From Marsupella aquatica (taxonomy: Eukaryota; Plantae; Marchantiophyta), in assembly GCA_973895155.1 (NCBI GenBank), contig OZ316896.1:18030754-18094753 (forward strand): DNA of 64,000 nt, read 5' to 3'. Under the pieces are notes generated by a model. The model had not been told where the DNA came from and searched no databases. It saw only the letters and a program-made list of their open reading frames with translations. Below are positions 11,007 to 23,788 of this stretch, one piece after another (position 1 is the stretch's first letter; the number at the start of each line of letters is the position of its first letter). The position numbers and the translations under genes are program-made.

Positions 11007-11405
11007 CTAATATGGGCGAAATCCTACAAATTCCTCATGTGGGTCATGCCATGTTGCTTTGATGACTGCTTCCACTGCATCTGGGAACTTTGTTCGCTCC
11101 GCATAACCACATACCCAAGCCAAGTGTGTGTACACTTGGTAACGTTTCCGCTTGTTCACACTGTCCACATAACTATATGCAGCACAAATCAAAATTTGGT
11201 CCAAAGGTACAACAGGATTGAGGGCATCGTGACATTCTGTGACCACACGACAAAACTCAGGGAAATCAGATCGGATCTCATCTAAGGTTGTCCTCCGTTG
11301 GATGGAAGGAGCCTCTTGTCCAGCTTGGGCATCTTGCCAAAGCAGCATGAAGGACCCATCATCGCACTCACTCAATCTAACCTTGGTCCTTTGCCTGCTA
11401 GCCAT
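11007..11405 (-). CDS. KolX-like protein (P2X7 C-terminal ballast-domain-like), 132 aa
   Basis: ATG at 11405 just after an acceptor (TTCTTATGGCAG); C-terminus DSVNKRKRYQVYTHLAWVCGYAERTKFPDAVEAVIKATWHDPHEEFVGFRPY* fits the N-x-R-x-R-x-x-x-Y...P...I-[RK]...GF pattern of P2X7 ballast/KolX proteins; convergent to the transposase inside the TIRs. Confidence 0.7.
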   Translation of the reverse strand: MASRQRTKVRLSECDDGSFMLLWQDAQAGQEAPSIQRRTTLDEIRSDFPEFCRVVTECHDALNPVVPLDQILICAAYSYVDSVNKRKRYQVYTHLAWVCGYAERTKFPDAVEAVIKATWHDPHEEFVGFRPY

Positions 11406-12029
11406 TGTTTTGGGACTGCCATAAGAAACATACATGTTAGTCAAAGCCAATGAGTGGAATGGCATAAGAACACTGGAGAGTGAAAACAAATACCTCAAAA
11501 CATCAACTCTTATGTCGGTTGCCAACTATCCTCAATTGTTGTGAAGGCTTCATAAAAGGAACTGTCCAATAACGCCAATCTTTTTTGACATGATGACTGC
11601 AAGCCATGACCAAAGCGACGATCCTGGTTCCATCTTCATCCATTTGCAAGTAAACAAGTCTGACAAAAGCAAAGAACTATGAAGAAAGTAACATTTGAAT
11701 TGGAATAGGTCACAATGATACTCTCAATACTAGAACTCAAAGTGCATTATGATAAATGGAGACCAGTGCAGGGAGTGACTTGGGTGAAGAACCTGAAATA
11801 TTCGTGGCGGATATGGGCAGACTGTCCTTCCTCCTCCTCCCTTCTCTAGCTCGACGTCAGTACTTGAAAGTAAACACCTTTGGAGAAATCAGTATGATCC
11901 ATGTGAGAATGATATCCAGCAAAAACGGCTCGGCATCCAACATACTGTCTACAAGGTCAATTTGTGGCACACTAATAGACTCTTGGACTAATGACACCCG
12001 TAGATGGAGTCGCGTAGATACTGGAAGAA

Positions 12030-12255
12030 GCCTTTGACCTTCGTAAGATAAACTAGATGAAGCCTTCGCCCTTTTATGAAGGTTCGACATTGTTATAAAG
12101 ACAAAGGAATCAGAGGATCATGACAAAGGAATCAGGAAATCAATCATTGACGTCAAAGCTGCCTTTGACCTTCATAAGGGATAGTAGATAAAGCCTTTGA
12201 TCTTCTCATGAAGTTTCGACAATCGTTATCGACACAAAGGAATCAGGGAATCAAT
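12030..12255. repeat. ~130-bp-period degenerate duplication in the transposon right arm
   Basis: GCCTTTGACCTTC(G/A)TAAG...TAGAT.AAGCCTT...ATGAAG.TTCGACA...ACAAAGGAATCAG twice, plus an extra ACAAGGAATCAG. Confidence 0.7.
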
Positions 12256-13608
12256 GAAGAGTTTACAATTGAGTCAACTAAGGTTTCTGGCTTCCTACCT
12301 CGTCTGCCTGGATCGCTCGATCCAGGACGCGGCCGCAAATAGATCAGTTCTTGAAGGAGGTAGAAGTCGATCACTCACTCACTCATCAACAACTAAGCCG
12401 TGACGAAGGCAGTCTTATCACTAGGATTTCCACCTTCGCGCAGATTTATTGAGCAGCTTCTGGCCATGATCTGCACTGCAAATAATTAGAGTTCAAACTT
12501 CACGGTCGGAAGAACTGCCTGATTCTATGATGCGTTCACGATGTGGTCTTACGGGACCTGCAGCTTCCTAATGATTAGAGCCCATACTCCACGGTTGTGA
12601 GAATCTCCTAGCCTGACTCCTTATGAGTTCACGACCTGCTCTTACCAAATTGCAGCTCTTACCGATGTGCAGCATGAAGGACCTGCTCTTACGGAATTGC
12701 AGCGTGAAGTGGTCAGAAACCCGGAAAAGCTGTTTAGTATTCTCGATCAGCTGGCTAGAGCATTCGCTGGCTCCGTGTACGCGAGCGTGTATGCAATGGT
12801 CGTCCTATTCTGAAGGTCGTCTATAACACAGGATTTGAATCTACACAACATTTGACGTTCTGTGTCCTTATATAGAATGCATCATTTTCCAAACCTCTCG
12901 TTGTAGCTCGATGAGAGAGTGGTATCACTTGCACAGTACAAAATCGTCACCGACTACTGAAAGAGGTCCTTTCAACAATTATACTGCGAGTGACCATGAT
13001 TCTGCCCAACATCGATCGAGAGAAAAACATGACAAATAGAAAAAGTTGGAAATGTCTGGGGATCAGATATGGACTACCGCCTCTTACCTTGACTCAATTG
13101 AGGACTCAAAGGACGATCGAGGCAGACTACAGATTGGAGGTGACACATACCACGATCACTCAGCCAGATTAGAAACGATCACAGCAGCTCCACAAAAATT
13201 TTGCCAATGAAATTCTGGCCGAAGTAAGTGACTCTATGGAAACACGCTAATGTAAAACAGAGGTGAGACAATGCTTCAATCTGCTTCAAATTGAGTCTGG
13301 TTCAAATCGGATGAAAACTGCGAAGTACAAAAATTGTGTAAGTGAAGGAACGCTGATTGCTGATTGCTGTCGGTGGAACTTGCAATTCAGCAGGCGTGGA
13401 AGGATGGAGAGAGATGGGGCACGCACACACAGGCGTTGAAGGACGGAGAGAGATGGGCTGAAGTCATCACTTGCAAAAAAAAATGTCTGCCTTTCACTCA
13501 CCCTGCGTCGGAGAGGAATGCGGAAAAGTTGCCGGGCCGAATGACTGTTCACCCGGGATCACTGTGCATCCGGGCAGCAAAGAATGACTAGGCGGGCAGA
13601 CCAAGGGC

Positions 13609-13631
13609 CCTTTTATACTGGCACCTGTGGT
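13609..13631 (-). repeat. right terminal inverted repeat
   Basis: CCTTTTATACTGGCACCTGTGGT followed directly by TTAA. Confidence 0.9.
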
Positions 13632-15036
13632 TTAAGCTCAAGGAACCGGTAATCAGGCTAGCCATTATCAATATAAAATCCAAATTAGGAGCAAAAAGAA
13701 ACTTGAATGTTGAAAAACATAAGATCAACAAGGTGACTTGCAATGGAAGGTCCTGCAAAATCTAACTATTGTGATGGGAGCTATCAGAAAAAAGTCCAAG
13801 ATTGAAGGTAGACCACAGTCTAGGTTAGTGGGCTATGTTATAAGTAAGTCCAGCATCTCTAGTAGCCAGTCCAGCATCTCTAGTAGCCAATGTATTGTAT
13901 TCCTGGTTGACTTGACTGGGTTCCATGTATAAAACCTCTCACATCCCAATCCAAATTGTCCTTATTCCACATTCTTGAGCTCCTGGATTTCCAACAGGAG
14001 CAAAGTATTCTTGGAGATGGGGTATTAAATGCAAACGGTCTACTATAATCTCTACTGACTAAATTACATCTGGGTACTTTTACATCAATGAAAAAACCTG
14101 GATTAGATTGAATCCCGTTATGTCATTCCTTTTGTTCCTTGTGTCCAGGGCATGGTGAATCTTTAAATTAGAGGACGGTCAAACAACTTAACTGAAAAAC
14201 AAAAACTTTATAAGGGTGGGTACCCACCTAAACTTAAGAAGAGTTACTGGTAACTAGGAATAACCTTGATAAGTAAATTAAGATTAAAAAAAAGTTAGTG
14301 AACTCTGTCCCAACTGGGTCCAATTACATATTTTATTTAACTAGGTTAATCTCCCATAGTTTGAAGTTTTTGACCAGGTGAAACTTGTCAACAAGTTTTA
14401 CTGCCAAAATATTGGGTTTACTCTGTTCATATCTCCCACCACTCCACTTAAGTATACTAGGTTTCTTAAAATTCTTAAAACCCCTATGTCACTTCAAGGA
14501 TGGTTTTGATGAATTGAAGATGAAGTGCTTCTCAGTGTGCAAAGTCTGAAAAGAAGCTATGAGTGTGAACAGAAGCTGCTCAGGATGTTGTGCACTATTG
14601 GATTGCCAGTTTCCCACCTAGCCACAGACCCAGATCGCCAGAACTTGAAGAGTTATAATCTAGAGAGATCACTAAGGGTTACAAATTAATCTAGAAAATT
14701 TAGATTAAAATATTCTCAGCATCCTTTCATTCACCAGGTATATGTTTCATTGACCTTCAAACCACTGTTTTCTCCCCAACCAACCCCACTAGATTTTGGG
14801 TACATTATTTACTGTCCATCAAGGACTATCAACGGCCTACAGTAGATCAGTCATGGGGCCATCAAACAACACTTTATAAATTTTTTGTCATGAAAACCAA
14901 AAGTAGGCCCATCCAAGTATCCAACAAAGGATAGACATTCTACTCTGGAGCATGCGATTTTATTGTAGAGTAGCCACAAGGGGACATTACCCAGGGATCC
15001 TACTGGGACCTAGACCAGGAGCAAGAGAAGGTTAAA

Positions 15037-15177
15037 TGAGGGCCCCAACAAGGGCCAACCAAGGGCTGAGGTGATGACCAATACTCCCACCATTACACCT
15101 ACAAACACTTACCCTGAGGGCCCCAAAATGGGCCAACCAGGGGCTGAGGTGATGACCAATACTCTCACCCTTACACC
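15037..15177. repeat. 78-bp-period direct repeat pair
   Basis: TGAGGGCCCCAA...GGGCCAACCA.GGGCTGAGGTGATGACCAATACTC.CACC.TTACACC at 15037 and 15115. Confidence 0.85.
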
Positions 15178-16834
15178 CCCCACACACACACATACCCTCC
15201 TTGCTTGTGTGCTGTGGAAGACAATGATTGAACCTGGAAACTCTATGTTGCCAACTGACCAAAGCCAGATGGTTATCAAACAACCTTTTTCATTTTAGAG
15301 GTCATCAGATATATACACCTCTTTCCTCCACACAGGGTAACATTATTGGCCACCTGGGTGACCAATATGACCGTGCTCATCAGGCCGTGAGGGCCGGGGG
15401 CCAAGGGATGAGTGAGGCGTGTCAAAGTGATGAGAGTCACAAATCCTTCCGTGGTTCCATGGACCTCGCGTCCCAGCTTTGATGGGACAACGAAAATCAA
15501 AGGCCACAGACCCGTGCTCACTCCCACACCACTATCTTTTTAATCTCCGATTGAAATCAAGCGAAAATTGACGCATCTTAAAGCTGATTCGATTCCGCTT
15601 CTCTTGAGCCATGGTGGGTCGTTCGAAGTTCAATATTGAGAGTGGCATGACACTCGCAAGTGCACCCCGGGAGTTTGGACAGGAAACTAGGAAAGAGACT
15701 TGACGCCTGACGGAGGTGGCCGTGACACGCCTGACGGACGACTGTACATTCTTTTATTCTGCGGCGGGACTGAACATATTTCACGCCTCGACATTCGTAC
15801 TACAGTCCAGTCCTTTCTGTCTAATATTAATTAATTAATATTAAGACTGCTCCAGATCTCAGATCGCAGAATCAGAGTGATACGGAGTGGAAAAGGCGGC
15901 TCATCGAGCAGCTCTGGTACTGTACCCGCCCACTCTGCAAGACACGCATGTCGGGATTGTCGGCCGAATGATTCCTGTTATCTTCATGGAGAACTGGGCT
16001 TTGTCGCCTCTTGTTGAGCGTCAGAAGTGATGTCTCAGTGATCAAGTGATGTCTACCCAGTAAAAGAGGCTGATGTATTTTCAGGCCATTGTAAGAATGC
16101 CTGAGTGTTTCGAGTGAGGGCTGAGAAGGCAGGGAGGCGTGGAGTTCCTCAGGAGACGTGTTGTATGATGCTCCAAAGGGGAATTGGTTGGATGGATGGA
16201 TTGCGCTCCCTGCCCGTGAGGTTCGTTTACTGTACACACTCGAAAGAATTGCTTAGCAAGTTGGTGGAGGCAATTTTGTGTGGATTGGTCGTAAATTTAA
16301 TGATCTAAGCCCTTTTCTCGTTGGTGATCGTCGCTGTGCCGATGAGCAATATAGTGGGCTAGAGATTGAGCTCTGAAGCACTGTCATTGCTTTGTACCTC
16401 GAACTGAAGTAAGCTTTCGAGCTCAACTGTACACTGTCGACGCAATGCAGTGATCTTGCTGTTACTCTCCAAACTCGTTTGATTTCCTTTCCTAATAACG
16501 AAGATATGTGTTGTTGCCAAGATGTGTTTCACAGATGAACTTGTCTGTTTGCTTCCGTGCATTTGCCTGATTCGAAGAGTACTTCAGATCTGGACTGCGA
16601 AAGTTATTTGTGAATTGGTTACGGCTCGAACGATTTCTATCTAACCAAGCTCGGTCTTGTCGTCAATTCAGGTCGTAGCCATAATGTAGATGTGGCATGA
16701 TCGAGCTGACTAGCCTATGAAACGACAAAGGTCGAGACTGTCTTGGAGATGATGTTGTGAAACAGCCTGACAGTCTCGAAGACCGTCAATTAGCTAAAGC
16801 AGCTTGTGAAACGACGACAGTGAGTTAGCTAAGA

Positions 16835-18467
16835 ATGATGTCCAGATATTTTGAGGAGCAACTGCAGGTGGCGCATTACTCCAGGAGACAGCGAATCTTG
16901 TTCGTGGGCGAAGGCCATTTCGCCTTCTCGTCGATGCTAGCCAGCTCATTCGGGTCGGCTCCCAACATTTATGCCACCTCGGTCGACTCCTACGGTAATA
17001 GAGGACCTATCTCGCTGATACAAATCTTGTCACTCAATTTCTGGTTCTGAGGTCTGAGTTTTCTTGGACAGCATCACCTGCTAGCCAGCGTGCCTTTTGC
17101 TAGATACCGATTTGATCCCGCCACCATAGTATAATTTGCATCAACGGAGATTTATGGCAGACTTGAAACTGATGATGGACAATGTCCCCAGAGCTCCAGA
17201 TGGGAATCCTGAAAGAAAACATCGTAGTGTAGAGCTGGCGTTGAGGAGAACTTTTTGTAGCTGTGCCTGGATACACTCTACTAAACCTGGCCATCAATGA
17301 CATCTGCATTTGTTTGCCTGGTGTGTATTTGTTCTGGTAGAAACATTTTGTGCCAAATACGGCGCCGATGGGGTTGCAAGCGTAAGAAACCTGCAGGCAC
17401 GAAGAGCTCAGGTTTACTTTGAGGTAGACATCACCATGGCAGCCATGACAGAGCTCTCCAGGAGGAATGTTCTCAAGCTGCTGTCCATGAAATTTGATCG
17501 GGTGATTTTCAATTACCCACACGCGGGCTATCTAAGCGAACTACAATCCTTTTCGCCTGGATTCTATCACACGCAGTAAGCCTCCTGGTTATCATACCAA
17601 ATTGGAATTTCTAGTTTTTGTGAGGACGATTACATCTTTCGGCTGAACCTGAATGTCTGGCTTCGTTATTTGCAGTAAACTTTTAATAGTTTTATAAGGA
17701 ACATTATAAAAGAAAGTATGAGGAGGGATCCCCATGAAGGACGAAATATGTTTCGGTTTCTGTTTCTAATTGAGTAGGCCCCGGAGTAGGCCGCTCGTGA
17801 TCTGCACTTAATATTTAGTTCCGAGATAGTTGCTCTACGATCCGGAACGGTCTGGCTACACCAGGTATATGTGTTAGTTACATTGACGGCATGCTTGCGT
17901 AAGCTAGCCACTCGTGTTGCTTTTCTTAATACGTGCTGTACTGTTTGGCCGAATCAGCAGTTGTTATCGTGTTGCCTCTGCACAGTTATATTATTCGTCA
18001 CTTCGCATCAGTACTGCATAAATTCCAGTTTCTATAGGAATTTGGTGTTTTCGCATGATTGCATAGATTAGTGATCCCTATCTCGAAATTGCTGTCTGCC
18101 AATTTTACCTATCCTCTAAACGCTTGTGGTAATGAATTATAAATCATTTTTCTACAGGCACCACGAGGATTTGATCCGGACTTTCTTTCGCAATGTGTCG
18201 GAGATGTTGCTCGAGAGCTCTGGAGAAATACACATCACACACAAGACCACTGTCTATAAGCGCTGGAAATTCAATCGTTCCGCCAGGCTGTGTGGATTAT
18301 CTTTGAAAAAATCTCTACTCTTTATTCCGGAGTCCTTCCATGGATATATACCCTGCCGTGGAGCAGGAAAAAATTGGATAACAACGTTTCCGTTGGGAAA
18401 GGGCAGCAGGACGTATATCTATGGCATGGACTGGAGCGGTCAACTTCGGAATATTCATTCCTACTGA
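16835..18467 (+). CDS. DUF2431 / BMT5-like (25S rRNA m3U methyltransferase-like) domain protein, 3 exons, ~234 aa
   Basis: exons 16835-16994, 17341-17575, 18158-18467 with GT-AG junctions in frame (705 nt); family motifs HYS..QRILFVGEGHFAFS, IYATSVDS, FDRVIFNYPHAG, LIRTFFRN, GEIHITHKT, F...GY...RGAG. Confidence 0.88.
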
Positions 18468-21400
18468 TCCTTTGACGAGTTGAAATAGTGTATATTGCTG
18501 GTATGGTCTGGTTTTTAGAGTCTAGTAAAAAATGTTGATCATCGGAGCCAACATACGGATCTTGATCTCAGAGAACCTACACTGACTGGATAGACTCCCG
18601 TTATTCTTAGAAGCATTTTCAGGATCATACGTGGACCTTTAGAATGTGAAGCAGACACTAGTCCCTGTTCCTCTACCGATCCCCTTCATAAGCTTTGAAG
18701 TTCTAATGATAGAACTGAGTTTGTTCACATAATCGAACACTGGGATAGTTTTGTAACATTTTTACCCTTTGGAAGATTTATGCGAGCTATTTTGAACCTT
18801 ATATTGCTACGGTCAAAGGTTTTCCGTCTCAACCAGTCTTAGTTGCTGAATTTATCTGGAAAGGTGGATCCGTGCATTGGCCTTTTTCAAAAGATAAACT
18901 AAATGTCATTTAGTGGGTTGGGTCATATTTGGTGCCCTGTCATATATTAGTCACATTCTGTGTAGAGGGCAGTAGATGAGCGCTCTCTGTCTCCTCTCTG
19001 CCGAGTCAAAGATGAGGTTGTTTACAGATATTTCTGTGTCTCTTTTACTATCCATGTCATTGAATTCATTCTAAGTGATCTTCCGAGGCCATCTTATTGT
19101 TCGAACTTGCCTTGTCGCATATCTCACAAGCAAGGCAATATGCAGTCACAACTTTTCGCCTTTGAGTTACTTTGCATGAATGAACATGTCTCTTGCTGAA
19201 AGAATTTTAGAACACTTCTAAGTAGTCGACTTTTCTTCACGAGTAGTACTCAAAGTATTGTCAGTTTTTATGTGAGAGCATCCTAACTCATGCTCTCCTT
19301 GAGAACTGAGATCGTACTCGGTTTGCTCAGTTTTCAAACTGTGCTGTCTTTCTTATTGCCGAAGGTAGAGATTTCATCGGCAACCTGAGAAAAATCCAAC
19401 ATGTTTGTTGCAAGAAATCTTACTTCCACATTCATTTTATTTTCCGGATTCCTCTCTGTACAGAGATTCAGTAGTGACTCGTCCAGTTGTCGAGAGGCTC
19501 AGACGAGTACCGTAAGTATTTAAATCTCAGCTTCATTAAGCTACACCAGTGTTTGACTCGTGGAGTGGAAACTCGAAGCATTGAATTGTCAATTTTTGTG
19601 CTCTGCTGGAGAAATGCCTCAACAGCAAAGGGAGCTGTGCCGTGCCCGAAAGAGCCAAACTGTAATATTTTTTGGCCATAAAGAAAAAGGACACAAACAA
19701 CAAACGGAGAGTGGTTCTTGCCATGTAATCTTTTTCTGTAAAGAAAGACGACGAGAAAGATCGAAGGGACAGCCACGTACCATAATGATACTGTCATATT
19801 AACATTACGTACCTCACGTCCTGCTCAAGATCAATCCTTCGTTAAGCTCTGCGTGAAATGCGGGGTCCAACTGCAAATTACCGAGTGATGGGATTCGAGT
19901 GGTTGGCACAAATTGACCGTTCACACTACAGTACTACCACAGGACTTATAGTCATCAACTACAGGGCTACAGCAGTAGCTGATTGGCTCGACCAGGTGAC
20001 CTTTACAGACCATGTCCCATCTTGGATCAGCTCCTTTAAATGAACATGTACCACCTTGGAATGGAACGTAAAGGTACGCACCATTGAGCCTCCATTCCAT
20101 TTCGAAAAATGATAAGAACCGTTAGTCCTTAGTTGATTAGGGGGTCTCCAATATAGCTTGTGGGCAGTCTCACTGATGTCCGTGTTAGGTTTGGAGGGAT
20201 GTGACAGAAAAATGCGTGGCACTCCAATGTGTGGCACTCCCTGAGCCTACTTGCACAATTGTGTCATTGCACAATTGTGTCATGGGATTTTACTGTTTCC
20301 TGACGACCAATTCCCCCTGATGACCACTTCCCCCAAACTCAGCCGGGTTCATATGGGAACTCAAAAGAGTCTGTACCAGTTGTCTCACCTGCGGGCCACA
20401 TTACAGGCACTGGCCCTAGCCCATGGAAGAGCAAAACAGGTCTATATTTGAGACCCCCTATGCAATCAAAAGGTTGAGCAAAATGGGTCTAGATTTGAGA
20501 CCCACTACTAAATCAAAAGGTTACCTGGGATACTGGGATTTTATTCCCAACTGCTAGTCTTCTTATCATTGTTGTATGGCCTGGAGGGGGTTATGGGCTG
20601 CAATTCCCCAAGTTAGTCTTCTTATCATTGTTGAATGTGGAGGGGGTTTTGGGCTCTAATCCCCAACAGGGTTACAGCCATGGCCCCCAAACAAGCCATA
20701 GGTTAGCAAGCATAACCCGAGTACTCTTCTCTCACATAAAATCATGCAATTTTGAGACTATGCAAGACTACTTGGGGATGGTGGGACTTGGAACCCCAGG
20801 TCTAACCCCAGAAACGTTTTTCTCACATAAATCTTGAAATTTTGAGACTGTGTGACTTAGAACCCCAAGCCAAGCTGGCGGAGGGTCACTGCAGGGGACC
20901 TCCCATGAAACTGCAAAGGAAAAAAGAGATGAGGGGAAGATGGCAAGGTTTCTGCTAAGGGCCTTCCACTCTGCAGCAGAAGGGATCTTCTGGCTTCCAG
21001 GCCCTGGTGCTAGGTAATCTCTGATAGCTATATATGTAAGCTCCTCCATGAGATCTTATTAGAAATGCGGAGAACTGTCAGATCTTGGCTACTAGTCTTG
21101 GGGAAAGGAGCAGAACTTGGCTGAAAGATTCTTCTTCTTTATTTGTTTCCTTTCTACACTTTGCTAGGCGCCTTGGGAAAGTGGAAATTTTGTACATTTA
21201 GCCAATGAAAAAGACATTGATTGTTAGACAGAAGTTGATAAGTCCCACAACGCTTCACACTAGTCCCCACATATGAACAAAACAATATATCCTTAGATTG
21301 CATATCTAGTGGTGGACAAATGAAAGGGAGATATGGACTTTTGTGAGAACTTAGACAATTACGAAGATCTCTAGCTGGCCTGTAACATGGAACGAGGGCA

Positions 21401-23788
21401 GGAGACAACTTTAGCAAGCACTTTTGCTTCTTTGGTTGGGCTTTTACATAATTATATGATAAATCAAACACTATAACATTCATATCATAATAAGTCTTAT
21501 TGAAATACTCCATATCTATGCATTAATTGAAAAGAAAAGAAAAAAGAACTTCAAGCTTGCCTTAATTTTGGAATGCTGCAATTGTCACACATGTTGACAG
21601 AATCAAACACGCAACTTTTGTTGTGCTATTCTGATTCACGAGGCTTGTCATTCTCATAATGTTGCAGAGGGAAATTAATGAATAGAGCATATAGACGAGG
21701 TCATAATTTCAGCCTACGCCTGAAATGATGGGAATTTCTGGACTTTCTAAGAATTAATTTCAGATAGGGGAAACCGACGTTGATCTGGTATGTGTTGATC
21801 GAACCCAAGAGAAATTCAGGGAAACGGAAACTCTCTCTACATTAGGAATACTCTTATTGCTCTCTCCAATGAGGCTCTTTTCAACGTTGTCTAGTATAAG
21901 CTAGTTCCCTCAAAATCTGTTCTTAAAGGGTCCACAGGCTGAAGTGTTTCTCGTGAAGTACAGATACAGTATGAATTCAATAGGTAGAGAGTTCCTACAG
22001 GAGTTCCTAAGGAGGCACTCTAGTGTGTTGAGAATTTAAAACCTGAGATGTTGCGTCAACTTGGATTTGAGCAACATACTAAAGGAATCAGCTCTATCCA
22101 TACATGTACTAAAAACTACGTAGGAGTTCGCTCAGAAAGCTGATTTAATTGCAAGTTGTATCTTTATCAAAGTTGGAATTCATTGCTCACTCCGACGGGA
22201 CTTTCTATGCGCTTGCTGTCGGTAGAAGAAATCAAACGGGATAACATTTAATCTCTTTAAGATTCCAATTATGGCATTCTTCAATCATTCTTCCTCTAGC
22301 AGGAGTACAACATACAGAATTACATTCATGTTCAAAATGAAGTAATAAATGAAGGAATTACTTCAGAGTTGAGAACCAACAGTCCCATGCATGAACTCAA
22401 AACTATTTAGGAATTTGCTGTAAAAGCCAGGCAAAAGCAACAGTAGCCTAGTCATGGAGAAAGAAGATTGTTCTCTGGCAATTTTAGTCTCTTCTGACTA
22501 TAAGAACCCAATGAATGAAATAGTTAATATATGATTCTATGCAAGTCAATGCTCTGTTTCCTCAGGCCACGTCGTTACACGCTAATTTTTTGAAACAGAC
22601 TGATAAATATAGTTATGTGAAGTACTGTAGTTAAACGTTTCTACCTCTGTAGAAAGGGTACAGCGAACTTGAAGTGCGCAGCATTCAGAAGTGCAGGGAT
22701 GTTCCTGCTTGAGTAGCCATAATCCCCCCTTGAAGAGTTTCGTTTTTGTCTTCAACATTCAATTTCATTCACACAAAACAGAATAGTAAGTACTTTCAAA
22801 GATGCAACTAAGCTTGGAATCTTGACTGTAAATCTTCACGGCAGCTGAACGAACACGAAGCTTGATCAACGACTTCCGTCAGTTTGGTGAACAGCGGTGG
22901 GTCACGAGCAAGTTTCATTCCACTACAACATGAGCCAGAGTGGATGCGGACTTTTTAATTCATTGAAGTGGCCTAGCATAAAATCATGTATCTCAAGTAC
23001 GGTACTGCTGATTGACATCGTGCGCCAACCTTGCCTGATTCTACCAAATGAAATTTGTGATATAGCCAATATAAGGAGATTCTCTTCTTTGCTTGAAATC
23101 CTACTGTGATTTCACGATTGGAGTTTCCCTCCACTGAACCAGTTTTCCTGTTCCTAAGTTCTCCTTCCACCACTGAACAGACGAAACATACAGATGTTGT
23201 GAAGCTTTGGGGAGTTTCGAGGTCCCCAGGGCTCTGTGCTATAGATAAGATTTTGGTCATCCTTCCACCTTATTCACTGTTCTTAGTAAGGCAGGCGCTG
23301 CAGGTTTTATAGTCTCTAGATAGATTCTTGTGTGCTACCTGTCACGTCATACTGTGTACTCCAGAGTTCTACCAGGCTTTCCATTTTTCTGTCAAGGAGG
23401 AATTTGCCTTCTTTTTCCCTTTGTCTGCTTTTGGCTCTGGCTCTTTTGTTGTGGGTAATGTGGCAAAAGACAGTGCACGGAGCACTATGGTACTGTCAAG
23501 CATGATCTTACTCACATGGCACCTAACCTTTAATGCCTTTGAATGGTCAATTGCTTTTTTCTTACATTGAAACCAAACAATTATTATAGGCTAACATACT
23601 GGGATAATTGTAGGTTAGCAATTATACTTAGACATTATTGTTCCAGGAGAAGGACCAACTAGCCCATTATAGGGATATTATTGAACTAACAATTTGATAG
23701 TAGGCTAATTAGTTTGAGTACCCCTTGCTTACCTAAGTTTGATATTATTCAACAATTTGGAGCCATCATGAAGAGTTGCCTATTGAAA

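Larger units (their letters stand above)
4612..13631 (+). mobile_element. Kolobok-like DNA transposon (9,020 bp; TTAA TSD, 23-bp TIRs, transposase plus convergent KolX-like gene)
   Basis: TTAA at 4608-4611 and 13632-13635; left end ACCACAGCTGCCAGTATAAGAGG vs reverse complement of right end ACCACAGGTGCCAGTATAAAAGG (21/23); encloses a DDE transposase (+) and a P2X7-ballast-like ORF (-) tail-to-tail, the Kolobok layout. Confidence 0.85.

Noticed and set aside
11503-12090. Third protein gene in the transposon right arm
   Set aside because: Only short frames (46-93 aa) without recognisable motifs; more likely 5' UTR exons or uORFs of the KolX-like gene.
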